The notes beneath the pieces were generated by a model, which worked only from the letters and a program-made list of their open reading frames with translations, made no database searches and was not told the origin of the DNA. 64,000 bases of DNA from an uncultured Bacteroidales bacterium (GTDB lineage: Bacteria; Bacteroidota; Bacteroidia; Bacteroidales; GCA-2748055): the NCBI GenBank assembly GCA_963710385.1, contig CAVQAB010000018.1:31061-95060 (forward strand), in the 5' to 3' direction. Positions 38,551-50,242 of the stretch are shown here, piece after piece (position 1 is the first letter of the stretch; each line of letters begins with the position of its first letter). The translations under genes and the position numbers were made by a program.

Positions 38551-41211
38551 ATGGATTATAAGTTTGAAGAAATTGAGAAGCGGTGGCAGGGGTACTGGGA
38601 GGAGAATAAGACCTTCAGAACTGAAGATGACTTTTCGAAACCTAAATACTATATACTCGATATGTTCCCCTATCCTTCGGGATCCGGATTGCATGTGGGT
38701 CACCCTGAGGGATATACTGCCACCGACATTGTGGCCAGGTATAAAAAGATGAAAGGATTCAATGTACTCCACCCCATGGGATGGGATGCATTTGGACTGC
38801 CTGCTGAACAGTATGCCATTGAAACAGGAACCCATCCTGCTAAGATCACACAGAAGAATTGCGATAACTTTCGGAGGCAGATCAAATCGCTGGGACTGGG
38901 TTATGATTGGGACCGTGAAGTGAATACCACGGATCCTGGATACTTTAAATGGACCCAGTGGATCTTCATTCAACTTTATAACACCTGGTTCGATACAGCA
39001 CTTCAGAAAGGCAGGCCCATCAAGGAACTGGAGATTCCTGGTCAGATCCGTTCCCAGGGCCAGAAGGCCATCCGGGAATACCAGGATGATCATCGCCTGG
39101 CCTATTATGACGATGCATTGGTATGGTGGTGCCCACATTGCAGGATCGTTTGCTCCAATGAAGAGGTCCTGAACGACGGCACCCATGAAAAGTGCGGGAA
39201 CCCTGTGGAAAAGAAAAATCTGAAGCAATGGATGCTTCGGATCCCTCATTATGCAGAGCGCTTGCTGGATGGATTGAATTACGTGGATTGGCCAGAAGGA
39301 GTGAAAGATATGCAGCGGAACTGGATTGGCCGTTCCACCGGAGCCGAAGTGGATTTCAAGGTGGATGGCTCTGAACGCTCATTGCGGGTATTCACTACAC
39401 GTCCGGATACCCTGTTCGGGGCCACATACATGGTGGTTGCTCCAGAACATCCCATGCTCAAGGAATTGATGACTGAAGAGAAGCAGGCAGAAGTTTCAAC
39501 CTATGTGGCACAGGCTGGTCTGAAGTCAGATGTTGACCGTTCAGATCTATCTCGTGAAAAAACCGGAGTTTTCACAGGAAGCCATGCGATCAACCCGGTA
39601 AACAACCAACAGATTCCGATCTGGGTGGCCGATTATGTACTGTTGGGATACGGAACAGGTGCCATCATGGCCGTTCCATGTCACGACACAAGGGACTTCG
39701 AATTCGCCACCACCTTCTCCCTTCCCATAGTGTGCATCATGGATCCTGCAGTAGATGATAATGAACTTCGACAGCGCGTGCTGGATGGAAAAGCATGCTG
39801 GACGGAAGATGGGACCTATGTCAACTCCTCGGATCGCTCAACAGGATTAAATATTAACGGCTTATCCAAAGAACAGGGAATTGCCCGTACCATCGAATGG
39901 CTCCAGGAAAATGGTCTTGGCAATGAAGCCATCAATTACAAAATCAGGGATTGGCTTTTCAGCCGTCAGCGATACTGGGGCGAACCTTTCCCTGTAATCC
40001 ATTGGGAAGATGGAGAGATTACACTGCTGGATGAGTCGGAGCTTCCGCTTCAGCTTCCTGATCTGGAGAAATATGAACCAGGCAGCTCAGGGTGAGTCTC
40101 CCCTGGCCAATGCCACCGAATGGTTACACGTAACAGATTCCCAGGGCCGCAAAGGACGCCGGGAAACCAATACAATGCCCCAGTGGGCCGGATCGTGCTG
40201 GTATTACCTCAGGTACATTGATCCACACAATGATCAGGAAATCTTCTCCAGCAAGAAGGAAAACTACTGGATGCCGGTAGATCTCTATATTGGGGGGGCA
40301 GAACATGCTGTACTGCATCTGCTATATAGCCGGTTCTGGCACAAAGTGCTTTTTGATCTTGGGATTGTTTCTACGGATGAACCCTACAGCAAACTCTTTA
40401 ATCAGGGGATGATTCTTGCTTTTGCCTATGAAACTTCTTCCGGCGCCAAAGTACCTTCCGACATGGCTGAAGAAAAGGAGGGAGCGTTCTTTCATGTGGA
40501 AACCGGTGAATCCCTGACCCAGATTGTAGCAAAAATGTCCAAGTCATTGAAAAATGTTGTGAATCCAGACGACGTTGTTGCCGGATATGGTGCTGATTCG
40601 CTGCGCCTCTACGAAATGTTCCTGGGTCCGCTCGACGCTGTAAAACCATGGGTTGAGGGCGGTGTCAAGGGAGTATACAACTTCCTGAACAGGGTCCATA
40701 AATTCTTTGCCGATCCTGCACACTATCACGACGAAGATGAAGATCCCCGAGGTATTAAAAGCCCTTCACGGTACCATCAGGAAAGTGGGTGGTGATATTG
40801 AAGCCCTGCATTTCAATACAGCCATATCCCAGATGATGATCTTTACCAACCTGTGCATTAAAATTGGAAAGGTGCAACGAAATAGTGCAGAAGCTTTCAT
40901 CAGGATACTGGCACCATTTGCCCCTCATCTGGCAGAAGAGATCTGGAGCTACCTTGGGAATCAAGAATCTATCGCTGAAGCTACCTGGCCGGATTTTGAT
41001 GAGACCTTTCTTGCAGGAAGAGAGCCATGAGTACCCGGTGATGATCAACGGAAAGCTGAGATTCAAGATCACGCTACCGTTGGATATGCCTGCGGAAGAG
41101 ATCCAAAAGGAGGTATTGAAGCATGAGACTGCTTTAAAATGGACCGGAGGCAATGATCCGAAAAGGTTTATTCATGTTCCGAAAAAGATCATCAATATCG
41201 TAGTATCATGA
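38551..41211 (+). CDS. leuS: Leucine--tRNA ligase (about 3 frameshifts)
   Basis: [14 protein letters not shown] (HIGH), FTTRPDT, SRQRYWG, KMSKS spread over four ORF pieces. Confidence 0.96.
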
Positions 41212-42460
41212 AGAGCTGGACGGATCTGTTTGTAATGTTACTGCTTACCATGGGCATCACAGCGGGGGTATATTTTCTTCCCTCAGGTCAGCCTGTTATT
41301 TCTGAAGAACCACCGGCAGAAACTTCTGAAAGTGAAGAGATCCTGTCTTCACCTGCCGAAATGCTATATGGGATTCCTGTATCTTCATTCCAAATAACCA
41401 GGGGAAAGGTGCGTTGGGGAGAATCGCTGGCAGAACTGTTGCTTCCCTACGGCATTTCTAGTCAAAAAATCCACAGTATTTCTCAGCTTTCAGATACCCT
41501 CATCGATGAGCGAAGGATCAGCTCGGGAAATAGTTTCAGCATTTTCAGCACCAATGACACCACACCCATCTATTTTGTCTATGAAAAGGATCCCCTGAAC
41601 TATGTAGTGATACACCTTGCATCTGATAGTATTTGGGCAGAGAATGGTCAGAAAACCATTGAAAAGCGGTTAAGGATTGCCTCGGGAACGATTACTTCCT
41701 CACTGTGGGAGTCCATGCATGATGCCAATTCAAATCCCATGCTGGCCATTGAGCTGAGTGAGATCTTTGCATGGTCCATCGATTTTTTCGGGTTGCAGCC
41801 AGGGAGACCAGTACAAGGTGATCTATGAGGAATCATTCGTGGATTCAGTAGTCCATAGGAATTCACAAAATTTTGGGAGCCTGGATCTATCACAACCAGA
41901 CTGATTTCTGGGGCATTCCCTTTGAACAGGATGGTGTCAGAAGCTTCTTTGATGAGGAGGGAAACAGCCTGAGAAAAGCCTTCCTAAAGGCTCCTCTAAG
42001 GTTTTCCAGGATCAGTTCCGGCTTTTCCAATTCCCGACTTCATCCCGTTCTGAAAATCCGCCGGCCGCATCATGGGGTAGATTATGTGGCCCCTGCCGGA
42101 ACACCGGTCTATTCCGTGGGTGACGGGGTGGTGAGCAGGAAGGGGTACCAGAACAGTGGTGGAGGAAATTATGTGACCATTAAACACAACAGTGTATATT
42201 CCACCACTTACATGCACCTGAGTCGTTTTGGAAAAGGAATCAATCAAGGGGTATATGTAAACAGGGAGATGTGATTGGCTATGTGGGAGCACAGGTCTGT
42301 CCACCGGTCCACACCTGGATTTCAGGTTTTATAAAAATGGAAGTGCAGTCAATCCGCTCAAAGTGGAAGCTCCTCCGGTGGAACCCATTGATGAGGAGAA
42401 CAGGGTGCCTTACGGGATTGTCCAGGGCGATCACCATGCAATCATTAAAGCTGCTTTAGC
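41208..42460 (+). CDS. M23 family peptidoglycan DD-metalloendopeptidase (frameshifted)
   Basis: N-terminal TM, OapA-like region, RPHHGVDY (HxxxD), YMHL, and TGPHLDFR in a shifted frame; end approximate. Confidence 0.88.
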
Positions 42461-43018
42461 AGCTCCTCAACAACCCTGGGAAAGTGCTCATATTCAAGCG
42501 TATGTATCTTTCTTGCCAGGGATTCCGGCGTATCGTCCCTCTCCACCTCACATCTCGCCTGAAAGATAATATCACCTTCATCATACTTCTGGTTTACATG
42601 GTGGATGGTAATTCCCGATTCGGATCCCTACTGGCGATAACAGCCTCGATGAACATGCTGCCCATACATGCCCTTTCCTCCATATTTGGGAAGCAGTGCC
42701 GGATGTATGTTAAGCATCTTTCCTTCAAATGCGTCTCAGCAGATGATCAGGAACCAGCCAGAGAAAACCTGCCAGCACAATATAATCGATTTCCCTATTC
42801 GCAAAATAGCCAGGTATCTCCCCTTGATGATAAAACTGTTCCCTGTTGAAATACAACTGTCTCAACATCAAGTGATTTTGCCCTGTTGATCACATGCGGC
42901 CTCGCGATTGTTTGTCAATACCAACTTTACCCTCGCCAGAAGGGTTCGTTCGAAAAAAACGGATCAAATTCTCAGCGTTTGTTCCTGAACCGGAGGCAAA
43001 TATGGCTATGTTCTTCAT
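42445..43018 (-). CDS. purN: Phosphoribosylglycinamide formyltransferase (frameshifted; absent from ORF track)
   Basis: Minus strand reads [18 protein letters not shown] at the start and [23 protein letters not shown]...[14 protein letters not shown] at the end. Confidence 0.9.
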
Positions 43019-43099
43019 TTTTTTTTGAAAATAGTCGAATTTTGCATTTCTTTGCACCGTTAAAAATAACCAATAATTATTAATTAAAATTTATCAGTC

Positions 43100-43336
43100 A
43101 TGTCTGACATTGCATCAAGAGTAAAAGCAATCATCGTTGACAAATTAGGTGTTGATGAGAATGAAGTAACTCCGGAAGCCAGCTTTACCAACGACCTGGG
43201 AGCTGATTCTCTTGACACAGTTGAGCTTATCATGGAATTCGAAAAGGAATTCAACATGGGTATTCCCGATGACCAGGCTGAAAGCATTTCCACTGTAGGG
43301 GAAGCCATCAAGTATATTGAAGAGAACGCCGAATAA
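43100..43336 (+). CDS. acpP: Acyl carrier protein
   Basis: [12 protein letters not shown]. Confidence 0.98.
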   Translation: MSDIASRVKAIIVDKLGVDENEVTPEASFTNDLGADSLDTVELIMEFEKEFNMGIPDDQAESISTVGEAIKYIEENAE

Positions 43337-43369
43337 GCGAATTAGTTTTTACGTTCAAACATTATTGGT

Positions 43370-44621
43370 ATGAGACGGGTTGTTGTAACAGGCCTGGGGG
43401 CAATTACCCCCCTGGGAAATAATTTACAGGACTTCTGGAAGGCACTTGTAAATGGTGTAAGTGGAGCTGACTTGATTACCCGTTTCGATACCGAAAAGTT
43501 CAAGACCAAATTTGCCTGTGAGGTTAAGGATTATAATCCACAGGATTATTTTGACCGAAAAGAGGCCCGCAAACTGGACCGCTATGCCCAGTATGCCATG
43601 ATCGCTGCACATGAGGCATTTCTCGATGCCGGGCTTGGATACAGGCAGATCATGATAAGGACCGTGCTGGTGTTATCTGGGCATCCGGAATCGGAGGCAT
43701 TGAGACATTCACGAAAGAGATAGAGGGCTACATTGAGGGTGGAAGAACTCCCAAGGTTCAGCCCTTTCTTTATTCCAAAAATGATCTCTGATATTGCTGC
43801 AGGACACCTCTCCATGAAATATGGATACAGGGGACCCAATTATGCCACTGTATCGGCATGTGCCTCATCCACCAATGCCATCATTGATGCTTTCAACCTG
43901 ATTCGCCTGGATATGGCCGACCTCTTTATTACAGGAGGATCAGAAGCTTCTATCAATGAACCAGGAGTGGGAGGATTTAATTCCATGCAGGCCCTGTCCA
44001 CCAACAATGAAAATTACAAAACTGCCTCCCGGCCTTTTGATGCTAACCGTGATGGTTTTGTAATGGGTGAAGGTGGCGCAGGGCTGATACTGGAAGAACT
44101 GGAACATGCAAAAAAGACGGGGAGCCAAAATCTATGCTGAACTCATCGGAGGCGGAATGTCGGCCGATGCATATCACCTGACAGCACCACACCCTGAAGG
44201 AGAAGGCGCCAGACTGGTCATGAACAATGCCCTCAGGGATGCAAAAATAAAACCAGAAGAGGTTGATTACATCAATGTGCACGGTACAGCAACACCTCTG
44301 GGTGATCTTTCGGAAATAAAGGCCATTATGAGTGTATTTGGAGATCATGCTTACAAGCTGAACATCAGTGCCACCAAATCGATGACCGGTCACCTGCTGG
44401 GTGCTGCCGGTGCCATCGAATCCATTGCAGTGATCATGTCCATCGTTGATGGTATTGTTCCACCCACCATCAACCTTGTAAACCTGGATCCTGAAATTGA
44501 TCCTAAGCTAAATCTTACACCAAACAAGGCCCAGAAACGAGAAGTCAATGTGGGTCTGAGCAATACCTTCGGATTTGGAGGTCATAATACTTCTGCCATC
44601 TTCAGGAAATTTAAAGATTGA
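43370..44621 (+). CDS. fabF: Beta-ketoacyl-ACP synthase II (frameshifted)
   Basis: [47 protein letters not shown]. Confidence 0.95.
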
Positions 44622-45318
44622 CCTATTGAAGAACCAACGGTTCTATGTTGATCTGGTACGCATGCTGGGATTTCTCCCTCGCAAACTGCACCATTACAGG
44701 CTCGCGTTCATCCCAAAATCTGCCATACTCCATGAAACTTCAGGCAACAACATTAACAATGAACGACTTGAATACCTTGGGGATGCGGTGTTGGATGCCA
44801 TTGTAGCAGAATATCTTTTCAACAGATTTCCCAATGGAGATGAAGGATTTATGACCAAATTACGTTCCCGTATTGTAAAACGTAAAAACCTGAATTATCT
44901 GGCTACGAAAATGGAAATTCCAGCACTGATTGCACCGGGAATCTTACGCGGAAATAAATCCAAGCATCTTTATGGGAATGCGCTTGAGGCCCTTATCGGG
45001 GCTATTTACCTCGACAGAGGATATGGTGCAGCCAGGAAATTTTTCGTAAAAAAGATGGTGAAGAAACATATCGATCTGGTTCAGCTTGTGGCTAAAGACC
45101 CGGACTATAAAAGCAGGATCATTGAATGGGCACAGAAAAACCGTCTTGAAATCGTATTTGAGAGCAATGAGGAACACCTTTCAACAAGTCAATCGCCTTC
45201 CTTTATCTCAACCATCATCCTGCGTGGAGAGAAGAAGGGAACTGGAAGAGGTACGTCAAAAAAGGAGGCGGAACAGCAAGCTGCAAAAGAAGCGCTTTCA
45301 TCCATTCATACTGCATAA
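44618..45318 (+). CDS. rnc: Ribonuclease III (start uncertain)
   Basis: [12 protein letters not shown] signature, [10 protein letters not shown], dsRBD with SKKEAEQ. Confidence 0.95.
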
Positions 45319-45367
45319 ACCGTTCTGTTTTTACTACTTTTATAATTAGAACCTAGATTCCCGAACC

Positions 45368-45796
45368 TTGGCATTAAAAAAACATAAGCTGGACGTGGCG
45401 ATGGAGGAGGACTTCTGCCTGCTCGGAGTTGTTTCAGATGAACCCGACTATAAATTGTGCTGGATGATTAACCAGATCCTTGATCATGCCTTTGAGAAGA
45501 TGGATGACCTCAAACTATTTCACAGAAAGCTTAAGGAGGAACAGAACTTCTCGCTATTCGCCTATGAGGACGAAGATGCCCTGGTCACCTATCGGATTAT
45601 CAAGAATAGGTCAGAAAACGGTTACTATGTAGATGAGTTAAAAAACCTGGACTACCTGGTACATATACAGGGAGAGATCATTACCAAAAAGATCGGTGCA
45701 TTTATGGAGGCTGTAGGGACCCTTTCGGCAGTAAGAATGTGTGTACCAGTGGAGCTGAAAATGATCCGGAACAAGGAACGGTTGATGCTCTGGTAG
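45368..45796 (+). CDS. IPExxxVDY-family conserved Bacteroidota protein
   Basis: DYKLCW..N and VDELKNLDY variant motif; follows rnc as is usual for this family. Confidence 0.7.
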   Translation: MALKKHKLDVAMEEDFCLLGVVSDEPDYKLCWMINQILDHAFEKMDDLKLFHRKLKEEQNFSLFAYEDEDALVTYRIIKNRSENGYYVDELKNLDYLVHIQGEIITKKIGAFMEAVGTLSAVRMCVPVELKMIRNKERLMLW

Positions 45797-45800
45797 TGGC

Positions 45801-47055
45801 TTAAAACAACCATTTGTAAATAGGGAAACAATACTGAATAGACCGGCAGTTCGATGTTGTTCTGATATCCGTCATTGTAAAGAGAACTGAGGATTGTACC
45901 CTGGGGGATAAGGGGCCGGAACAGACGACGATAAAAGGGGAAAAAGCCCATCACCAGGTCGAAAATCATATCCAGGAAAAATAGGAGTCCGGCAATGGAG
46001 ATTTTAACATATTCTGTGGTAACAATATTAAAACCCGGTCCTATTTCACTGACTTCATAGAGTACAAAGATCCATATCAGCGTTTTAATCACGAGTCCCG
46101 GAGTGATCAGGTAGCTTACTTTTGAACGGACCCTGACCAGTCCAAGCAAAACGGTAGAGAGCAATCCACCCGTCATCATCCCGGCAAGAAACCTCCAAAG
46201 TAGACTTTCCACCGGGAAAAAGAAGAGGCAAGAGCCAATGGATACCAGCTTCAATACAGAGACCAGTCTATGGAACAACTGGGCCCGGTAGCTACGTGGC
46301 AGGACTACCCGTTTTACTTTGTTCTTATATTTAGCACTGTGATTCAATACACCGTAAGAACTGACCTTAATATCTATTATTTTAAGGAGTTCAATTGTAT
46401 AGGATTTTCCATTCGCCATCGTGTTGCGGGTATAACAACACCGATCTGCAGTGGCCTGACCAGGTCTGATTTTAATGAATCCCAGGATATCGCTCCATGT
46501 GGTTTTGAACTTGCCCAATCTGAACCAGGTGGCTCTTTGCTGGTAGATATAGATCATGAGAAATATACCTACCACCAGGAAGAAGAAGGTGCCGGCCAGA
46601 CTATCCGGATCCTTGAAAATCGCCAGTAGGATGGGAATAATAATTGCCGCTGTGGCAAATATCAGGGCAAATGCATGCACCACATATTTCATAAACAGGA
46701 TCGGGTCATGCCATTCGGGCCGATTGAAATACTCCTCCTCTTTCTTTTTTTTGTCCCTCCATGCCTTAGCACGCTGTTGCATCTTCTCGCGCTCTTTGCG
46801 GTAGACTTCGCCGGCCATGTGTTCCTCATAGGAAGGGGTCTCATCTGTGGCCGGTTCCTGGTGTTCCAGCAAATAGTTATACGCTTCGGTGATTTCCTGG
46901 AATTCCTGCTTGGCGACCGGTGATTTATTGCGGTCAGGATGATATTTCAGTGCCAGCTTCCGGTAGGCAGATTTGATCTGTTTCTCACTTGCACCGGGGG
47001 ACAATCCCAGGATCTTATGGTAATCTCTTCCAGGCAAAGGGTGCTTTTGCTGCAA
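45801..47055 (-). CDS. J-domain (DnaJ-like) polytopic membrane protein
   Basis: DYHKILG...KSAYRKLALKYHPDRNK (HPD), then about 6 hydrophobic segments; true stop probably near 45801 via a terminal indel. Confidence 0.8.
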
Positions 47056-47079
47056 GTTATCTATTCCCAGGTAACCAGC

Positions 47080-47115
47080 AAAAAAAAGCTGTCCGCCGGG
47101 AGGACGGACAGCTTT
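47080..47115 (-). terminator. Intrinsic terminator
   Basis: AAAGCTGTCCG/CGGACAGCTTT stem with T8 on the minus strand. Confidence 0.85.
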
Positions 47116-47133
47116 ACACCAATTAACCCTAAA

Positions 47134-47781
47134 CTAAACCAAATTGCCTGCTACTGCTTCTTTGATTTTTTCTTTACTATTTTTTTTCTTCCACTTCGAC
47201 CTCTTTGTCAATGTCCTCATCGTGGTTGACCTCTCTATGTCGGCATCGTGATCATCGTCAACATCTATGTCTCTCTTTACTACAATCACCTTTACATTCT
47301 CCCCGCCATGCTCTTCCAGGATCTCCTTGAGTTCAACTTTAACATCATCCCCATCTTCAAAATCCTCATCAATCAGGATATCAAAAGTCTCCCCATCACC
47401 GCTCTTCATTACGATCACATGTTCACCATCATGCTCTCCTTCGGTAACCCACACAAGTGAATCACCATGAAGCTCCCTTATTTCTGTTTTCTCTTCATCT
47501 TCTGAAATAAACACCATCTTTTTAGAGGGTTTATCACTGTCGGAGTCAACGGTATAGCTGTATTTCAATATATTTTTTTCATCCCTGCTCATCTCCTCCA
47601 TCATCTTCACAGCGTGTTTGGCTTCTGCGGAGTCGTCAAATTGGTAAGTTGTATCTTTAACCACCTTTCCATCTTTGCTTACTTTGACGGTGACTTCAGT
47701 GGTTTCCTGGGCCATCAGGCCGGTGGTAAAGAGGAGTGAGGTAACAACCGTTATGATGCAAACTGGTATTCTTTTTTTCAT
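47134..47781 (-). CDS. Acidic exported hypothetical protein, divergent from the two-component pair
   Basis: Signal peptide (..GLMAQE); D/E/H-rich, VIV-repeat low-complexity body; indel near C-terminus likely. Confidence 0.7.
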   Translation of the reverse strand: MKKRIPVCIITVVTSLLFTTGLMAQETTEVTVKVSKDGKVVKDTTYQFDDSAEAKHAVKMMEEMSRDEKNILKYSYTVDSDSDKPSKKMVFISEDEEKTEIRELHGDSLVWVTEGEHDGEHVIVMKSGDGETFDILIDEDFEDGDDVKVELKEILEEHGGENVKVIVVKRDIDVDDDHDADIERSTTMRTLTKRSKWKKKNSKEKIKEAVAGNLV

Positions 47782-47820
47782 TTGATGAGCAATTGGTTAC
47801 AGGACAAATCTATTCCAGAT

Positions 47821-47860
47821 TATCGTTACATAGGTTTAAAGGATGTTAAAGATTGTTAAA
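47821..47860. promoter_or_regulatory. Four 10-bp-period GTTAAA-like direct repeats, putative OmpR-family binding site
   Basis: tatcGTTACA taggtTTAAA ggatGTTAAA gattGTTAAA upstream of the TATCTTTG element at 47889-47896. Confidence 0.55.
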
Positions 47861-47900
47861 ACGCTCTGTGTGAACCAATGATGAGAACTATCTTTGTACA

Positions 47901-49522
47901 ATGAGTCGCACTATTCTATGGGTATTAACCATATTCCTGAGCCTGGCCATGATTGCGCTGGTGGCTGTTCAGGCCTACTGGATCAAACACTCCATTGAAA
48001 CGGAGGAGAATCAGTTGGGTCTGGTGGTCAATCAGGTACTCGCTGAGATCTCCAATGAACTGATGCAGAACGAGACAGTGATCAACATCCTGGAAGAGAT
48101 CCGACCCCCGGTCATCAAGCACCAGAGTAAAGCAGTCTGGAACTTTCAAATCGATGCCCGCAGCACTTATAGTGATGATTTTGAAGAAGATTTTCACGTT
48201 GATTTGGAAGAAGACATTCACGGTGATCCGGAAGAATTCCCGGTGAACGAGGAGGTCATCGTTTTTACCCCTCCCCTTCCAACATTGAAAAATCAGAAGG
48301 TCAAGATGATCGATGATTCTGTGCTGGTTATCCTGGGGGAAGATGAACTGATGCAGGACACCATACTGATTTCCGCCATGAAACCAGAACAGATTCGGAT
48401 GGAACTGAGCAAGAGCTGGGAGGAGCAGGAGATGTTCGTGGATAAGATTGTTAAGAAGATGCTGGTGGATGAAGAAGATTTTGAGGACCGGATATCGGGC
48501 TCGCAGATAGAGACACTGCTTAACAAGAAACTTTGGGACCGTGGGATTACAGTACCCTTCGAATATGCCGTATATAAAGAGGGGAAAAAACCCATCTACC
48601 AATCGGAGAACTTTAGTGAATATGAGGATAGTAAGTATTTCCGTGCTTCACTTTTTCCAGGAGGGGTCTTCAATAAGACCACACTGATCAGTGTATATTT
48701 CCCCCAAGAGAGGAAACACATTTTTAAATCCATGGGGATAATGGGCGGATCTACATTACTGATCACATTCTTTATTGTGATGATGTTCACCCTGGCACTC
48801 TATATTATCTTTAAACAGAAACGTCTTTCGGAGATGAAAAATGACTTTGTGAACAACATGACCCACGAACTGAAGACTCCTATCTCTACCATCAGTCTTG
48901 CTTCGCAAATGCTAAACGACCGCTCTATTCCTGACGAGCATAAAAACCTTGTCTCATATTTCCCGTATCATCCAGACCGAAAGCAAACAGCTTGGTTTCC
49001 AGGTAGAAAGGGTATTACAAATGGCCATTTTCGACCATGGAGAGTTAAAACTGAAGCTGGAGGATGTGGATCTGCACGATATTATTGAGACGGTGGCTCA
49101 GAACTTTTTACTCCAGGCAGATAAAAGAGAAGGCAAACTGGAATTCCTTCCGGAAGCAGAAGATGCTGTCATCAAAGGAGATATAATGCACATTACAAAT
49201 GTCATCTCCAATCTCATCGAAAATGCACTGAAATACACGCATCGAACCCCCGAAATAAAAATCGCCACCAGAACCGAGAATGGTGCTGTTGTAGTTTCAG
49301 TGATGGATAATGGCATTGGGATCAGCAAAGAGGACCAAAAAAGGATTTTTGACAAGTTTTACAGGGTTCCTACCGGTAACGTACACAATGTGAAAGGATT
49401 CGGACTGGGCCTTAGCTATGTAAAGCTGATTGTTGAGCATCATCATGGCACCATTAAATTAAAAAGTGAAATCGAATAAAGGTTCCCAGTTTGATATTCA
49501 ACTACCTTTGAAGGTAGAATAA
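47901..49522 (+). CDS. rprX: Sensor histidine kinase, RprX-like (frameshifted)
   Basis: Two TMs; NNMTHELKTP H-box; NLIENALKY, DNGIG, GFGLGL. Confidence 0.85.
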
Positions 49523-49536
49523 CTAATCATTGGCAA

Positions 49537-50236
49537 ATGAACGAGATTAAAAACAGGATTCTCCTGGCGGAGGATGATGAAAACCTGGGATCATTGCTCC
49601 AGGAATACCTTCAGGCTAAAAATTATGAGGCTGATTGGGTCACCAATGGAGAAAAGGCATTCAGGTACTTTGAGCAATTCCATTACGATCTCTGCCTGCT
49701 TGATGTCATGATGCCTGTGAAAGATGGATTCACCCTGGCTACTGAGATCCGGATGCTGAACAGTGAAATCCCAATCATCTTTCTTAACTGCCAAATCCAT
49801 GAAAGAAGATGTACTGGAGGGTTTCTCCCTGGGTGCCGATGACTATATTACCAAGCCCTTTAGCATGGAAGAATTGCTCTTCAGAATTGAAGCCATTCTC
49901 AGAAGAACCAAGGGCACAAGGGGTGGAGATAAACACCATTGGGAAATTGGGACCTTCACTTTTGATACCATGAAGCAACTGCTCACAGGTACGGGCACCG
50001 AGCAGAAATTGACCACCAAAGAGTCTGAGCTGCTGAAGCTTCTATGTAACAACATGAACCAGGTGCTGGAGAGGAATTTTGCCCTGAAGGCCATCTGGAT
50101 AGATGATAACTATTTCAATGCCAGAAGCATGGACGTGTACATCACCAAATTACGTAAGTACCTGAAGCCTGACTCCAATGTACAGATCATCAATGTACAC
50201 GGGAAGGGTTACAAGCTGGTGGTGGATAAAACTTGA
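49537..50236 (+). CDS. rprY: OmpR-family response regulator, RprY-like (one frameshift)
   Basis: LAEDD, LDVMMP, LTAK, GADDYITKPF, WIDDNYFNARSMDVYITKLRK. Confidence 0.9.
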
Positions 50237-50242
50237 GAAAGG

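Noticed and set aside
42363-43083. Plus-strand ORFs of 65-121 aa between the M23 gene and acpP
   Set aside because: Antisense shadows of a frameshifted purN on the minus strand
45652-45800. 145-bp antisense overlap between the J-domain gene and the IPExxxVDY gene
   Set aside because: Probably an indel near the 3' end; an alternative frame stops at 45801
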